DNA from: a virus | DNA length: 64,000 nt | Direction: 5' to 3' (one strand) | Virus record (IMG/VR): IMGVR_UViG_3300028800_000012 | Coordinates: 1-64,000 of that record | Part shown: piece by piece, positions 27,428-35,787 of the stretch | Layout of the letters: every line of letters starts with the position of its first letter | How positions within the stretch are numbered: position 1 is the first letter of the stretch | Notes under the pieces: model-generated | Databases searched by the model: none | What the model was told of the DNA's origin: nothing | What the model saw: only the letters and a program-made list of their open reading frames with translations | Translations under genes and position numbers: made by a program

Positions 27428-27831
27428 TGCAGCGCCTCGATCCAGACGCCGCGTTTTTCGAGGACTGGTCCGCATGGGCCAGTCTCGACGATCTACCGGA
27501 GCGTCCGACCAACGGTAACGGCGAGGCGGTGATTTACGGCCATCGAGCGTGGGGCAATTGGTCGGAGTATTATTGCGATCTGCGGCACGGTCGCGGCTGG
27601 GCTGGCGGCCCGCATTTTGAGATTGCCGTGCCGTGCAACGGCCCGATTGTTGACATGGTGCGTCGCCTGCCAGGGGCACGGCAGCACCCCAGCCTATGGG
27701 GCACACATCAAGTCTCGCTGAGCAGGCTGCGCTACACATGGCAAGTACCTGCGCAGCATTGGCGCGCGGTGCGCGCTGCCCTACCGGCCATCAAAGCAGC
27801 AACCGTCAAATGGGTGAGGACGCCACGATGA
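27427..27831 (+). CDS. Hypothetical cargo protein
   Basis: MQRLDPDAAFFEDWSAWASLDDLPERPTNGNGEAVIYGHRAW..., overlaps the transposase start. Confidence 0.55.
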   Translation: MQRLDPDAAFFEDWSAWASLDDLPERPTNGNGEAVIYGHRAWGNWSEYYCDLRHGRGWAGGPHFEIAVPCNGPIVDMVRRLPGARQHPSLWGTHQVSLSRLRYTWQVPAQHWRAVRAALPAIKAATVKWVRTPR

Positions 27832-28871
27832 TGGCCCCCGCTACTGCCGATGTGCATGCCTGGGAGCATCTGCCGTTTCCCAAATCGCTCCCGCAGTTCC
27901 AAAAGTTTTTCCCGGATAACGAGCGGTGCGCCCGTTACCTTGAGGGCGCACGCTGGCCGCGCGGCTTTGAATGCCCTCACTGCGGCAAGAAAGGCGAGCC
28001 GTTTAGATTTGAGTCCCGGCCCGGTGTGCTCCGCTGTCGAGACTGCCGCCGCGACATATCGCTGACGGCAGGCACCGTCATGGAGCGCACGCATACGCCG
28101 CTGACAACGTGGTTTTGGGCCGCCTATCTCGTATCGTCGATGACGCCTGGGCTGTCGGCAGTCCAATTCCAGCGCCAACTCGGATTGAGCCGCTACGAAA
28201 CCGCGTTTCAAATTTTGCACAAGCTGCGGGCCGGGATGGTCCGGCCCGACCGCGACAAGATCGGCGGGAATCTCGCGCGCAAGGATCATGTTGAGGTTGA
28301 TGAGACTTGGATCGGCGGGGCCACGCGCGGCGAAGGCCGGGGCGTCCACGATCAAACGCTCGTTATCGGCGCGGTCGAGGTCCGGCAGCGCCCGCCGAAA
28401 AAGGGCGACAAACCGGAGCGCAAGGGCGGGCGCTACGCTGGACGCCTGCGCCTGGACGTGGTGCCGGATCGCACTGCAAAATCGCTGTGCGGTTTTGTCG
28501 AGCAAGCGGTAGAGCCGGGCGCGATCATCATTACGGACGCGGCTCCGAGCTATGCTGGCCTCGACAAGCTCGGCTACGCGCACCTGCCGGTGGTCGAGGC
28601 CGCCAACCCAGAAGTGGCGGAAGAATATCTGCCGATCATCCACCTCGCGTTTAGCAATCTCAAAAGCTGGTTGCGCGGCACGCACCACGGCGTCTCGCCG
28701 CAGCATCTGCAAGCTTACCTCAACGAGTTTGCTTTCCGCTTTAACCGGCGGTTCTACCCGTTCAACGCCTTCCGCTCGCTGCTCGGCATCGGCGCGAACG
28801 GCGAGTCCCCGACCTACGACGGCCTTTACAGCGGCGACTGGAAACACCCCAGCGTTAGCGGTCATGGGTGA
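27828..28871 (+). CDS. ISXO2-like (IS1595 family) transposase
   Basis: Zinc ribbon CPHCGKKG...CRDC; HVEVDETWIGG, ITDAAPSY, NEFAFRFNRR; about 70% similar by eye to the ORF at 31157-32197. Confidence 0.93.
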   Translation: MMAPATADVHAWEHLPFPKSLPQFQKFFPDNERCARYLEGARWPRGFECPHCGKKGEPFRFESRPGVLRCRDCRRDISLTAGTVMERTHTPLTTWFWAAYLVSSMTPGLSAVQFQRQLGLSRYETAFQILHKLRAGMVRPDRDKIGGNLARKDHVEVDETWIGGATRGEGRGVHDQTLVIGAVEVRQRPPKKGDKPERKGGRYAGRLRLDVVPDRTAKSLCGFVEQAVEPGAIIITDAAPSYAGLDKLGYAHLPVVEAANPEVAEEYLPIIHLAFSNLKSWLRGTHHGVSPQHLQAYLNEFAFRFNRRFYPFNAFRSLLGIGANGESPTYDGLYSGDWKHPSVSGHG

Positions 28872-28897
28872 CAACCGGATAGGCATGGAGAGAACAG

Positions 28898-29434
28898 ATG
28901 CGATTTGAGGTCGGACAGAAGATTTGGATTGCCGAGTTTTCCCCGCTCGCGCCGGAGCATGTGACCTGCCCCGACTGCGGCGGCACTGGACGGCTCCGTG
29001 TCTCGTTCCACGACGAGACGCAGGTTTCGATCGATTGCCGAAACTGCGCGCCGGGATATGAGGCGCCGACCGGCTGGATAATCGTTCACCGCCAGAAGGC
29101 ATCCGCGCGACAGGCAACAATCACCGGCCTCGAAATGAACGGCACCAAAGTGCGGTGGCACGCTGACGGGACGGAGAACTGCTGGCGCCAAGTCGATGAC
29201 GACGAGGTTTTCGACACGGAGGCCGACGCCATCGCGTTCGCTCAGCGCAAAGCGAAGGAGTGGGAGGACCGCGAGCGGGCCAAGATTTTCGAGAAGGAGA
29301 AGGACTCGAAAACCTGGGCTTGGAACGCGAGCTATCACCGCCGCTGCCTGAAAGAGGCACAAAGGCAGGTCGAATACCACACTTCAAAATTGAACGTGGC
29401 CTCTCTCAAGGCCAAGGAAAAGGTTGAGGCGTGA
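28898..29434 (+). CDS. Hypothetical protein with DnaJ-like CxxCxGxG motifs
   Basis: HVTCPDCGGTGRLRVSFHDETQVSIDCRNCAPGY. Confidence 0.55.
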   Translation: MRFEVGQKIWIAEFSPLAPEHVTCPDCGGTGRLRVSFHDETQVSIDCRNCAPGYEAPTGWIIVHRQKASARQATITGLEMNGTKVRWHADGTENCWRQVDDDEVFDTEADAIAFAQRKAKEWEDRERAKIFEKEKDSKTWAWNASYHRRCLKEAQRQVEYHTSKLNVASLKAKEKVEA

Positions 29435-29463
29435 ATATCGCCCCACTGGCACGGAGAACTCAC

Positions 29464-29571
29464 ATGTCATTTCTAGGAGTAGTCGGAACCGTCGTTCTTG
29501 TGCTGATTGTTCTCGCCGTGCTTGGCTGGCTCATCTCTTGGTTCATTTCAGGAATTGATCTGAGCCACTGA
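29464..29571 (+). CDS. Small membrane peptide
   Basis: MSFLGVVGTVVLVLIVLAVLGWLISWFISGIDLSH* (not in the ORF track). Confidence 0.4.
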   Translation: MSFLGVVGTVVLVLIVLAVLGWLISWFISGIDLSH

Positions 29572-29589
29572 TATCGGGTGATGACTGCC

Positions 29590-29793
29590 ATGAGCGACAA
29601 ACCGGACCCATACAATGACGGCTACACCCACGAGGCGCTGCACACGGCGCATGTCGTGTGCGACGTGTGGGATCAGCACGTCACTGACACCCGCTGCGCC
29701 GAACAATTCCCGGACGTGAAGGCCGCTTGCGAGAAGGCCGCGCAGGCAATGTACGACGCCTACCAGCTCATCGGCCAGAAATTCAGCGAATAG
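29590..29793 (+). CDS. Hypothetical protein
   Basis: MSDKPDPYNDGYTHEALHTAHVVCDVWDQHV.... Confidence 0.5.
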   Translation: MSDKPDPYNDGYTHEALHTAHVVCDVWDQHVTDTRCAEQFPDVKAACEKAAQAMYDAYQLIGQKFSE

Positions 29794-29876
29794 CGTTCAT
29801 CGCACAACAATGTAAGCAACTGAAATTGTGAGGTTGGTGCGCCTCGACCATTCTCAGGGGCATTGGAGAAGCGAAA

Positions 29877-30185
29877 GTGATAAACCATCCGAACCGCAAG
29901 AAGCAGAACGGGGAACGCGCCGTTGTCGTGACGACGCAGCACAAGGGGGTGTTCTTCGGTTATGCGAAGGATACCGATGGAGCGATCATCAACCTGCGCG
30001 CCGGCCGCAACTGCCTATACTGGTCGCAAGGCGTGAAGGGCTTCATCGGACTCGCCGCCGATGGCCCGGATAAGCAGTGCCGCATTGGCCCGGCCGCAGA
30101 CATCGCATTGCGCGACATTACGAGCGTCGTGGAATGCACGCCCGCCGCCGTCCAGGCTTGGGAGAATGCCCCGTGGTCGCGGTAG
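29877..30185 (+). CDS. DUF6948-like protein
   Basis: VVVTTQHKGVFFGYAKDTDGAIINLRAGRNCLYWSQGVKGFIGLAADGPDKQCRIGPAADIALRDITSVVECTPAAVQAWENAPW. Confidence 0.65.
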   Translation: MINHPNRKKQNGERAVVVTTQHKGVFFGYAKDTDGAIINLRAGRNCLYWSQGVKGFIGLAADGPDKQCRIGPAADIALRDITSVVECTPAAVQAWENAPWSR

Positions 30186-30952
30186 CAACCCAAATTGTCC
30201 TTAGAGGCGAGCCAGCGAAGCTGGCGAGCCTTTACGGCTACGGCTACGGCTCCGGCTACGGCTCCGGCTACGGCTCCGGCTACGGCTCCGGCTACGGCTC
30301 CGGCTACGGCTCCGGCTACGGCTACGGCTACGGCTACGGCTCCGGCTACGGCTCCGGCTACGGCTCCGGCTACGGCTACGGCTCCGGCTACGGCTCCGGC
30401 TACGGCGACGGCTCCGGCGACGGCTACGGCTACGGCTACGGCTCCGGCTACGGCTCCGGCGACGGCTCCGGCGACGGCTACGGCGACGGCTCCGGCGACG
30501 GCTCCGGCTACGGCTACGGCTCCGGCGACGGCTCCGGCTACGGCTCCGGCTCCGGCGACGGCTCCGGCTCCGGCTACGGCTCCGGCTCCGGCTACGGCTC
30601 GAAAGAATATTGGGCCGCTACCATACCACACTTCGCGGCGAAGTGGTCGATGGAGCAGCAAGAACGAGTGCGTGCTGCACAGGAAGCAGGCGCAACACTC
30701 GCGTTCTGGCGATCGGACAAGTCGGGCCAGCCGGCAAACAACGGCGGCCGCATGGAAGCCGCTGCGCCTGGCGTCGTTCACACCGCGCCCGGTCCACTCA
30801 GCCTGTGCAGTCGCGGAACGCTTCACGCAACGCTTATTCCGCCGAAGTGGAAAGGCGAGCGTTGGTGGATCGTCGCGATGTACGGAGAAGTCGAGTGGCA
30901 GGACGACAAATGCGGATCACTCAAGCGCGAAATCTTGGGGGAGGCTCTTTAG
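30173..30952 (+). CDS. Low-complexity (GYGSG/GDG)n repeat protein, DUF7666-like
   Basis: GTG start VAVATQIVLRGEPAKLASLYGYGYGSGYGSG..., then a globular C-terminus KEYWAATIPHFAAKWSMEQQERVRAA.... Confidence 0.75.
   Translation: MVAVATQIVLRGEPAKLASLYGYGYGSGYGSGYGSGYGSGYGSGYGSGYGYGYGYGSGYGSGYGSGYGYGSGYGSGYGDGSGDGYGYGYGSGYGSGDGSGDGYGDGSGDGSGYGYGSGDGSGYGSGSGDGSGSGYGSGSGYGSKEYWAATIPHFAAKWSMEQQERVRAAQEAGATLAFWRSDKSGQPANNGGRMEAAAPGVVHTAPGPLSLCSRGTLHATLIPPKWKGERWWIVAMYGEVEWQDDKCGSLKREILGEAL
30233..30600 (+). repeat. Hexanucleotide tandem repeat GGCTAC/GGCTCC/GGCGAC
   Basis: About 368 bp of uninterrupted GGC(TAC|TCC|GAC) units read directly in the sequence. Confidence 0.95.
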
Positions 30953-31156
30953 CCTCTCTCAATTTCAACGCCGCGAGTCTCACATACACAGACACGCCAT
31001 GCACAGAAGATACGACGACATCTTAGACCGCATTGATGAGCCGCCGATTTGGTTCGATGAATGCGCTGTTCCGCGCTATTGTAAGTTCAGCCCGGACATG
31101 GCGTCGAACATATCATGCTTTTCGGGTTTCCACATACAAGCCCCATAGGTTGATGG

Positions 31157-32197
31157 TCAGCCATGATGACTAGCCATCGTCGGATGTTTCCACTCGCCGC
31201 TGTAGAGCCCGTCATAGGTCGGGCTTTCACCGTTCGCGCCGATGCCGAGCAAACTGCGGAAGGCGTTGAACGGGTAGAAGCGGCGGTTGAACCGGAAAAC
31301 GAACTCGTTGAGGTAGGCTTGCAGATGCTTGGGGCTCACGCGCCCGTGGTGTGTCCCTTGCAGCCACGCCTTGAGGTTCGAAAAGACAAGGTGAACGATG
31401 GGCAGATATTCTTCGGCCACGTTCGGGTCGTTCCCCTCGACAACCGGCAAGTGCTGATAGCCGAGCGCGGGCAGGCCGTTGTAGCCGCCCCAGGCGTCGG
31501 TAATGATCATCGCGCCCGGTTCAACCGCCTGTTCTACAAATCCGGTCAGCGACTTAGCACCGCGCGTCGGCACGATTCCCAGCCGCAGGCGGCCAGCATA
31601 GCGCCCGCCGCGCCGCATGGGCTTGTCGCCTTTCTTGGCCGGTCGGGTGCGGACCTCGACGGCGGCCATGACCAGCGTTTGCCCTTGCGGGCCGCGCCCT
31701 TGGCCGCGCACCGCGCCGCCAACGTAGGTTTCGTCAACCTCGACGTGGTCGCCGCGCCCAAGGTTGCCGCCGATCCGGTCCCGGTTCTGCCGGACCATTC
31801 CGGCCCGCAGCTTGTGCAGGATTTGGAAGGCTGTTTCGCGGGTCAAGCCAAGCTGGCGCTCGAATTGAACCGTCGAAATGCCGGGCGTCACGGTCGAAAC
31901 GAGGTATGCACCCCAAAACCACACCGTCAGTGGCGTATGGGTGCGCTGCATCACGGTCCCGACCGTCAGCGACGTTTGCTTGCGGCAGGCGCGGCACGTC
32001 AGGACCGTCTTGCGGGTTGCCATGCGGAAGGGCTCGCCCTTCTCGCCGCAATGCGGGCAGACAAAGCCTTTCGGCCACTTTGCGCCCTCAAGCCATCGGG
32101 CGCACGCGTCATCATCGGGAAAGAGCCGCTGGAAGTCCCGGAGCGACTTCGGGAACGGCAGGTTCTCCCATTGGAGAACGTCGGCGTGGGGAGGCAT
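31157..32197 (-). CDS. ISXO2-like (IS1595 family) transposase
   Basis: CPHCGEKG...CRAC zinc ribbon; HVEVDETYVGG, ITDAWGGY, NEFVFRFNRR. Confidence 0.95.
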   Translation of the reverse strand: MPPHADVLQWENLPFPKSLRDFQRLFPDDDACARWLEGAKWPKGFVCPHCGEKGEPFRMATRKTVLTCRACRKQTSLTVGTVMQRTHTPLTVWFWGAYLVSTVTPGISTVQFERQLGLTRETAFQILHKLRAGMVRQNRDRIGGNLGRGDHVEVDETYVGGAVRGQGRGPQGQTLVMAAVEVRTRPAKKGDKPMRRGGRYAGRLRLGIVPTRGAKSLTGFVEQAVEPGAMIITDAWGGYNGLPALGYQHLPVVEGNDPNVAEEYLPIVHLVFSNLKAWLQGTHHGRVSPKHLQAYLNEFVFRFNRRFYPFNAFRSLLGIGANGESPTYDGLYSGEWKHPTMASHHG

Positions 32198-32305
32198 TTA
32201 CGCGACCTCCCCGGATTTGCAGCCGCGCTGTTCCCGTTCGACCGGATCGGTCGGGCAGCTAAAGTCAATGTGTTCGGGATAGCCGGGATATCCGTGGGCG
32301 GGCAT

Positions 32306-32560
32306 TTATTCGCCCTCCCATATGACGGTCCGAAGACGGCATGCCATCTGCAAGTCATCCTCAGACGGATAAATGTCGTGGGTCGTCCACTCAAAGAAAC
32401 GCCCATCATATTGCGACCATGTGCTTTTCACAGCGTACCAGCCGCCATCGTCCGGCGAATAGACGTTTCGAATTGTCGTATGGCCATCCGGAATGGCTGT
32501 CCGCTTCGGAGGCGTGGCCCGCTTACCGCGCCCCTTCATCTGCTCAGTCGTCCCCTTCAT
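32306..32560 (-). CDS. Hypothetical cargo protein of element 3
   Basis: ...IPDGHTTIRNVYSPDDGGWYAVKSTWSQYDGRFFEWTTHDIYPSEDDLQMACRLRTVIWEGE. Confidence 0.5.
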   Translation of the reverse strand: MKGTTEQMKGRGKRATPPKRTAIPDGHTTIRNVYSPDDGGWYAVKSTWSQYDGRFFEWTTHDIYPSEDDLQMACRLRTVIWEGE

Positions 32561-32998
32561 CTAACCCTCCATAGGGAGCGGGGCGGAATGCCCCGGAACG
32601 CCCATGGTACTAGCATATGGGGCTGTATGTGTCAACCAGAAAAGCATGGAACATATATGCCGACGAATGCGCACTGGTCCACATCGCGTGTCAGAACTGC
32701 GGCCACCAGTTTCACGTCTGCTTTAGCGATTCCAAGTCTCAGAGGATGTTGGAGCGCGCCAGCGGGATGCGGGAGCGGCGCACGCTGGCCGACGCGATCA
32801 GGGCCAAGACGATCCACTACGGCGACCCGCCGAACGTTGATTGTTGCGCTGCTGGCCCGACCATGAACTGCGATGACATCCAAGTTCTCGAATACTGGCA
32901 CCGCCCAGATTTTGAATGGACGCGCGTGCCCGAGTTGGAAATCTCGGTCGAGGACGAGAAAGACAGCGAAACCGCGATAACCACATAAGAGCAACGCC

Positions 32999-33190
32999 AT
33001 GAACATTCCCGGATACGACGCATGGAAAACGATGTCGCCCGACGAGGACGATCCTCGCTGCGAGTTCTGCGGCGCGAGCGAACGCGAGTCTAGTAAGGGC
33101 TGGGCGCCGAGGGCCTGTACGGGCGAGTGCGGCACGTCCTGGCGTGACCCTGACTATGAATACGAACAGATGCGCGACGATGGACGATAG
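32999..33190 (+). CDS. Small Cys-containing hypothetical protein
   Basis: MNIPGYDAWKTMSPDEDDPRCEFCGASERESSKGWAPRACTGECG.... Confidence 0.5.
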   Translation: MNIPGYDAWKTMSPDEDDPRCEFCGASERESSKGWAPRACTGECGTSWRDPDYEYEQMRDDGR

Positions 33191-33392
33191 GTGCATCATC
33201 TGCGGAGGCGTGCTGACGTTCCAGCACGATCATTGGCCAGATCAATCAGGGCTTGATGACGGGCCGCCGCTCCCCGGCCACAGAACTTACACCCGACGCG
33301 CACCGCCAAAGCCAGCGGCGGAATTGAGTGACATCCGCCGCCGAGCTTGGCAGACCCGCCGAGAGAAGTACGGGCAATACGGCCACAGTTGA
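33180..33392 (+). CDS. Small zinc-binding-like hypothetical protein
   Basis: MDDRCIICGGVLTFQHDHWPDQSGLDD.... Confidence 0.45.
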   Translation: MDDRCIICGGVLTFQHDHWPDQSGLDDGPPLPGHRTYTRRAPPKPAAELSDIRRRAWQTRREKYGQYGHS

Positions 33393-33431
33393 AAAGTTCA
33401 AGACCGCAGTAACCATAAACGAACAGCGCCG

Positions 33432-33800
33432 ATGAACGAACCGCGCATAGACGATACCGACCCTATCACGCTGCAAGAGGCGTGCGAGATAGTATTCCGG
33501 GGAACGTGCACGGTTTACACCTTGCGGGCGGAAGCGGCGCGCGGCAGGCTTGAGATAGCCAAGATCGGGAAGCGCTACTATACGACCCTCCGCGCTGCCC
33601 GTGGCCTGTACGTCAAATGCCTCGAAGGAAATCCCCGCCCCGGCTCTATCTTGACCCAAAGCGAAAGCAGTGGGTCATCCGCGACGGCGCAGACTTCATC
33701 CGCACGGGCCGCTCTGAGGCAGAGCGTGACAGCGCTGAAAGGGTCCTCGCAAAGTACCTCGGGCAGAAGCATCAGCCGGAGCGTGGCCCGTCGCCACTGA
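33432..33800 (+). CDS. Excisionase-like HTH protein
   Basis: ITLQEACEIVFRGTCTVYTLRAEAARGRLEIAKIGKRYYTTLRAARGLYVKC immediately before the integrase; the C-terminal part overlaps int in another frame. Confidence 0.65.
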   Translation: MNEPRIDDTDPITLQEACEIVFRGTCTVYTLRAEAARGRLEIAKIGKRYYTTLRAARGLYVKCLEGNPRPGSILTQSESSGSSATAQTSSARAALRQSVTALKGSSQSTSGRSISRSVARRH

Positions 33801-34612
33801 TAGCCGATATGCTGCTGGCCTATACCAGAGAGCACGTCCCGCACACGCGATCGGCAGCAAGTGCGGCCTATCACATCGGTAGCCTGGAGGCGTGGTGGGG
33901 CGACAAGCGATTGGCCGACGTGACCCCGGAAAACTGCCGCGCGTATGCGACCGGCCGCAAGGCTTACGGCGCCCGGCGCGACCTTGAGGTCCTGCGAGCT
34001 GCAATCAACCACTGGCACAGGCACCACGGCCCGCTGCCGGCGGTCCCGACCGTAATCCTCCCGGAGAAAGCCGCCCCGCGCGAGCGATGGTTGACCCGTT
34101 CGGAGGCGGCGAAGCTGCTATGGGCGGCCCGGCGCACTCCGCACCTTGCCCGGTTTATCCTGCTCGGGCTCTACACAGGCTCCCGCTCGGGCGTGATTCT
34201 GGGGGCCAAGTGGGACCAGATTGACCTTGAAAAAGGGCTGATGCGCCGCATTGCCCTTGGGAAGGCCCAGGATAAGCGCAAGCGCGCTCCGACAGTTCGG
34301 CTCGGAAAACGGATTTTAACGCATCTCCGCCGCTGGAAACGGCACGATGATCCCCGAGTCGGGTATCTGTGCCATTACAACGGTGCGCGGGTGCAGAAGA
34401 TGCGCCGGTCGTGGGCTGCGGCACGGAAGCGGGCCAAGCTAGACGCCACGGTGACGCCGCACGTTCTGCGGCATACCAGGGCGACATGGCTGATGCAGGC
34501 CGGGATCGATGTATGGGAGGCCGCTGGGCACTTGGGGATGACGCCGGAGACGCTGCAAAACGTCTATGGAAAACATCACCCCGACTACCAAAAGCGGGCC
34601 GCGGAGGTGTAG
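33617..34612 (+). CDS. int: Tyrosine recombinase / phage integrase
   Basis: LLGLYTGSRSGVILGAKWDQIDLEKG, HVLRHTRATWLMQAGIDVWEAAGHLGMTPETLQNVYGKH. Confidence 0.95.
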   Translation: MPRRKSPPRLYLDPKRKQWVIRDGADFIRTGRSEAERDSAERVLAKYLGQKHQPERGPSPLIADMLLAYTREHVPHTRSAASAAYHIGSLEAWWGDKRLADVTPENCRAYATGRKAYGARRDLEVLRAAINHWHRHHGPLPAVPTVILPEKAAPRERWLTRSEAAKLLWAARRTPHLARFILLGLYTGSRSGVILGAKWDQIDLEKGLMRRIALGKAQDKRKRAPTVRLGKRILTHLRRWKRHDDPRVGYLCHYNGARVQKMRRSWAAARKRAKLDATVTPHVLRHTRATWLMQAGIDVWEAAGHLGMTPETLQNVYGKHHPDYQKRAAEV

Positions 34613-34637
34613 TTCTAGTGCCGTTTCTGTGCCAAGA

Positions 34638-34684
34638 TGGTCGGAGTGGCAGGATTTGAACCTGCGACCCCCACGTCCCGAACG
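34638..34684 (-). promoter_or_regulatory. attP: Putative attP core: 3' half of tRNA-Pro(CGG)
   Basis: Minus strand CGTTCGGGACGTGGGGGTCGCAGGTTCAAATCCTGCCACTCCGACCA (loop TTCGGGA, T-arm GGTTCAAATCC, CCA), 25 bp after int. Confidence 0.85.
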
Positions 34685-34726
34685 GGAATGCCGGTAGCTA
34701 AGTAATTGATTTTGCGCGAGAGACGA

Positions 34727-35536
34727 ATGGGAAAAGACGAGAACGGGCTAGCAACATTCGGGGCAATCAGTGCCAATTCTGTGCCACCTTGGCAGCCGCC
34801 TCCGGGGCCGAATGTCCCGACGCTTGGCGCATACATCCGTGAGTTCAAAACCCTCCGCTGGTATCGCCTGCAAGGTCGGCGTGATCGGCATAAGGGATGG
34901 GTGTACTTCATCAGCGATGGCACAGCGGTCAAGGTCGGCTTTGCCCGGTCTGTGCCGCATCGCCTCAAGGCCCTACAGACCTCGCATCACGTCCCGCTCA
35001 AGGTGATCGCCCGATTCAGGGGATCGTTCGACGACGAGAATTCAGTACACCACCACTTGCGATCGGACCGCATTCGCCGCGAATGGTTCAAGCGAACGCC
35101 CGCAATGGACGCGCTTATCGCCAGCCTGCGCATCCTCGAAAGCCCGGTTGCGTATGGCGTGCTCTCAATCAGCGACGTGCTCGACAGACGGCGTATGGAG
35201 GAACTCATGGACGTATTGCGTAGCGACACGCGACGGAAAATCCAGCCGGTGATCAAAGCGAAGCCGGTGCCAAAGCCAAAGGCCATCAGCCGCAGGAAGG
35301 AATGCAAGGCGCTTGCCGACCAGATCGCCGCGCAGGCGAAGCCATATCTTGACGAGATGCCGGCGGAGCTGCGGCGCGTCGTAAGGCACGCCGAACTATC
35401 GGCGCGGTTCAGCATGGCGTCCAAAGCCTTCACATATCCCGGCTGCGTCCAGAACTACGTCAAGGCCGATCTAGCGGCCTACGCGGCACAATTCCCGGCC
35501 TGGCTGGCCGGGCGCAACGCCCTACCCGCCGCTTGA
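34727..35536 (+). CDS. GIY-YIG / T5orf172-MUG113-like nuclease domain protein
   Basis: GWVYFISDGTAVKVGFARSVPHRLKALQTSHHVPLKVIARFRGSFDDENSVHHHLRSDRIRREWF. Confidence 0.75.
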   Translation: MGKDENGLATFGAISANSVPPWQPPPGPNVPTLGAYIREFKTLRWYRLQGRRDRHKGWVYFISDGTAVKVGFARSVPHRLKALQTSHHVPLKVIARFRGSFDDENSVHHHLRSDRIRREWFKRTPAMDALIASLRILESPVAYGVLSISDVLDRRRMEELMDVLRSDTRRKIQPVIKAKPVPKPKAISRRKECKALADQIAAQAKPYLDEMPAELRRVVRHAELSARFSMASKAFTYPGCVQNYVKADLAAYAAQFPAWLAGRNALPAA

Positions 35537-35746
35537 ATGACTGAACGGAGAGACGCGATGGTGCGGGTAATCGAGAGGACATATACGCTGACGCCCCGTG
35601 ACGTGAACGAGGCGATCGTCGCTTGGCTCAAGGCCAAGAACCTGCCGGAACCGGAGTATGTTGGAAGTGCTGGGACAACCAAGTGGACGCGTCTCGACGA
35701 CGGCAGTGTGAAGGTCGAGTGGATCGAAAAAGACGAACTTCCATAA
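35537..35746 (+). CDS. Hypothetical protein
   Basis: RVIERTYTLTPRDVNEAIVAWLKAKNLPEPEYVGSAG.... Confidence 0.5.
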   Translation: MTERRDAMVRVIERTYTLTPRDVNEAIVAWLKAKNLPEPEYVGSAGTTKWTRLDDGSVKVEWIEKDELP

Positions 35747-35787
35747 ACAAGAGCCAGCAGCGATAAGCTTGGAGTGACTATGGGCTC

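Larger units (their letters stand above)
26806..28887 (+). mobile_element. ISXO2/IS1595-like transposable element (2082 bp)
   Basis: Inverted ends CATGCCTATCCGGTTG at both termini; perfect 8-bp target duplication GAGAGAAC at 26798-26805 and 28888-28895. Confidence 0.92.
31114..32648 (-). mobile_element. ISXO2/IS1595-like transposable element (1535 bp)
   Basis: Ends CATGCTTTTCGGGTTTCCACATACAAGCCCCATA and (reverse complement) CATGCTTTTCTGGTTGACACATACAGCCCCATAT; perfect TSD GAACATAT at 31106-31113 and 32649-32656. Confidence 0.95.
30999..32988 (+). pseudogene. Zinc-finger-like hypothetical gene interrupted by element 3
   Basis: Removing 31114-32648 plus one TSD copy joins ...FSPDMASN to IYADECALVHIACQNCGHQFHVCFSDSKSQRMLERASG... 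in frame. Confidence 0.85.

Noticed and set aside
27732-29120. 462-aa minus-strand ORF
   Set aside because: Antisense shadow of the transposase at 27828-28871 and the following gene; composition typical of a mirror frame.
30233-30600. Possible CRISPR-like array
   Set aside because: Units are contiguous 6-mers without unique spacers; this is a coding tandem repeat. No CRISPR array or cas gene was seen elsewhere in the window.
29960-30826. Minus-strand (AVAG)n protein and the plus-strand frame 30195-31148
   Set aside because: Alternative-frame translations of the GGCTAC/GGCTCC/GGCGAC repeat; the GYGSG frame has conserved-looking flanks and an upstream overlapping gene.
31163-32866. 567-aa plus-strand ORF
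   Set aside because: Antisense shadow of the element 3 transposase that runs across the insertion junction.
34638-34684. Complete tRNA gene
   Set aside because: Only the anticodon-to-CCA half is present; there is no D-arm or 5' acceptor strand, so it is an attachment site and not a functional tRNA.
34615-34968. 117-aa minus-strand ORF ending in GSNPATPTILAQKRH
   Set aside because: Contains the well-known GSNPATP artefact from translating a tRNA 3' end; overlaps attP and the GIY-YIG gene.
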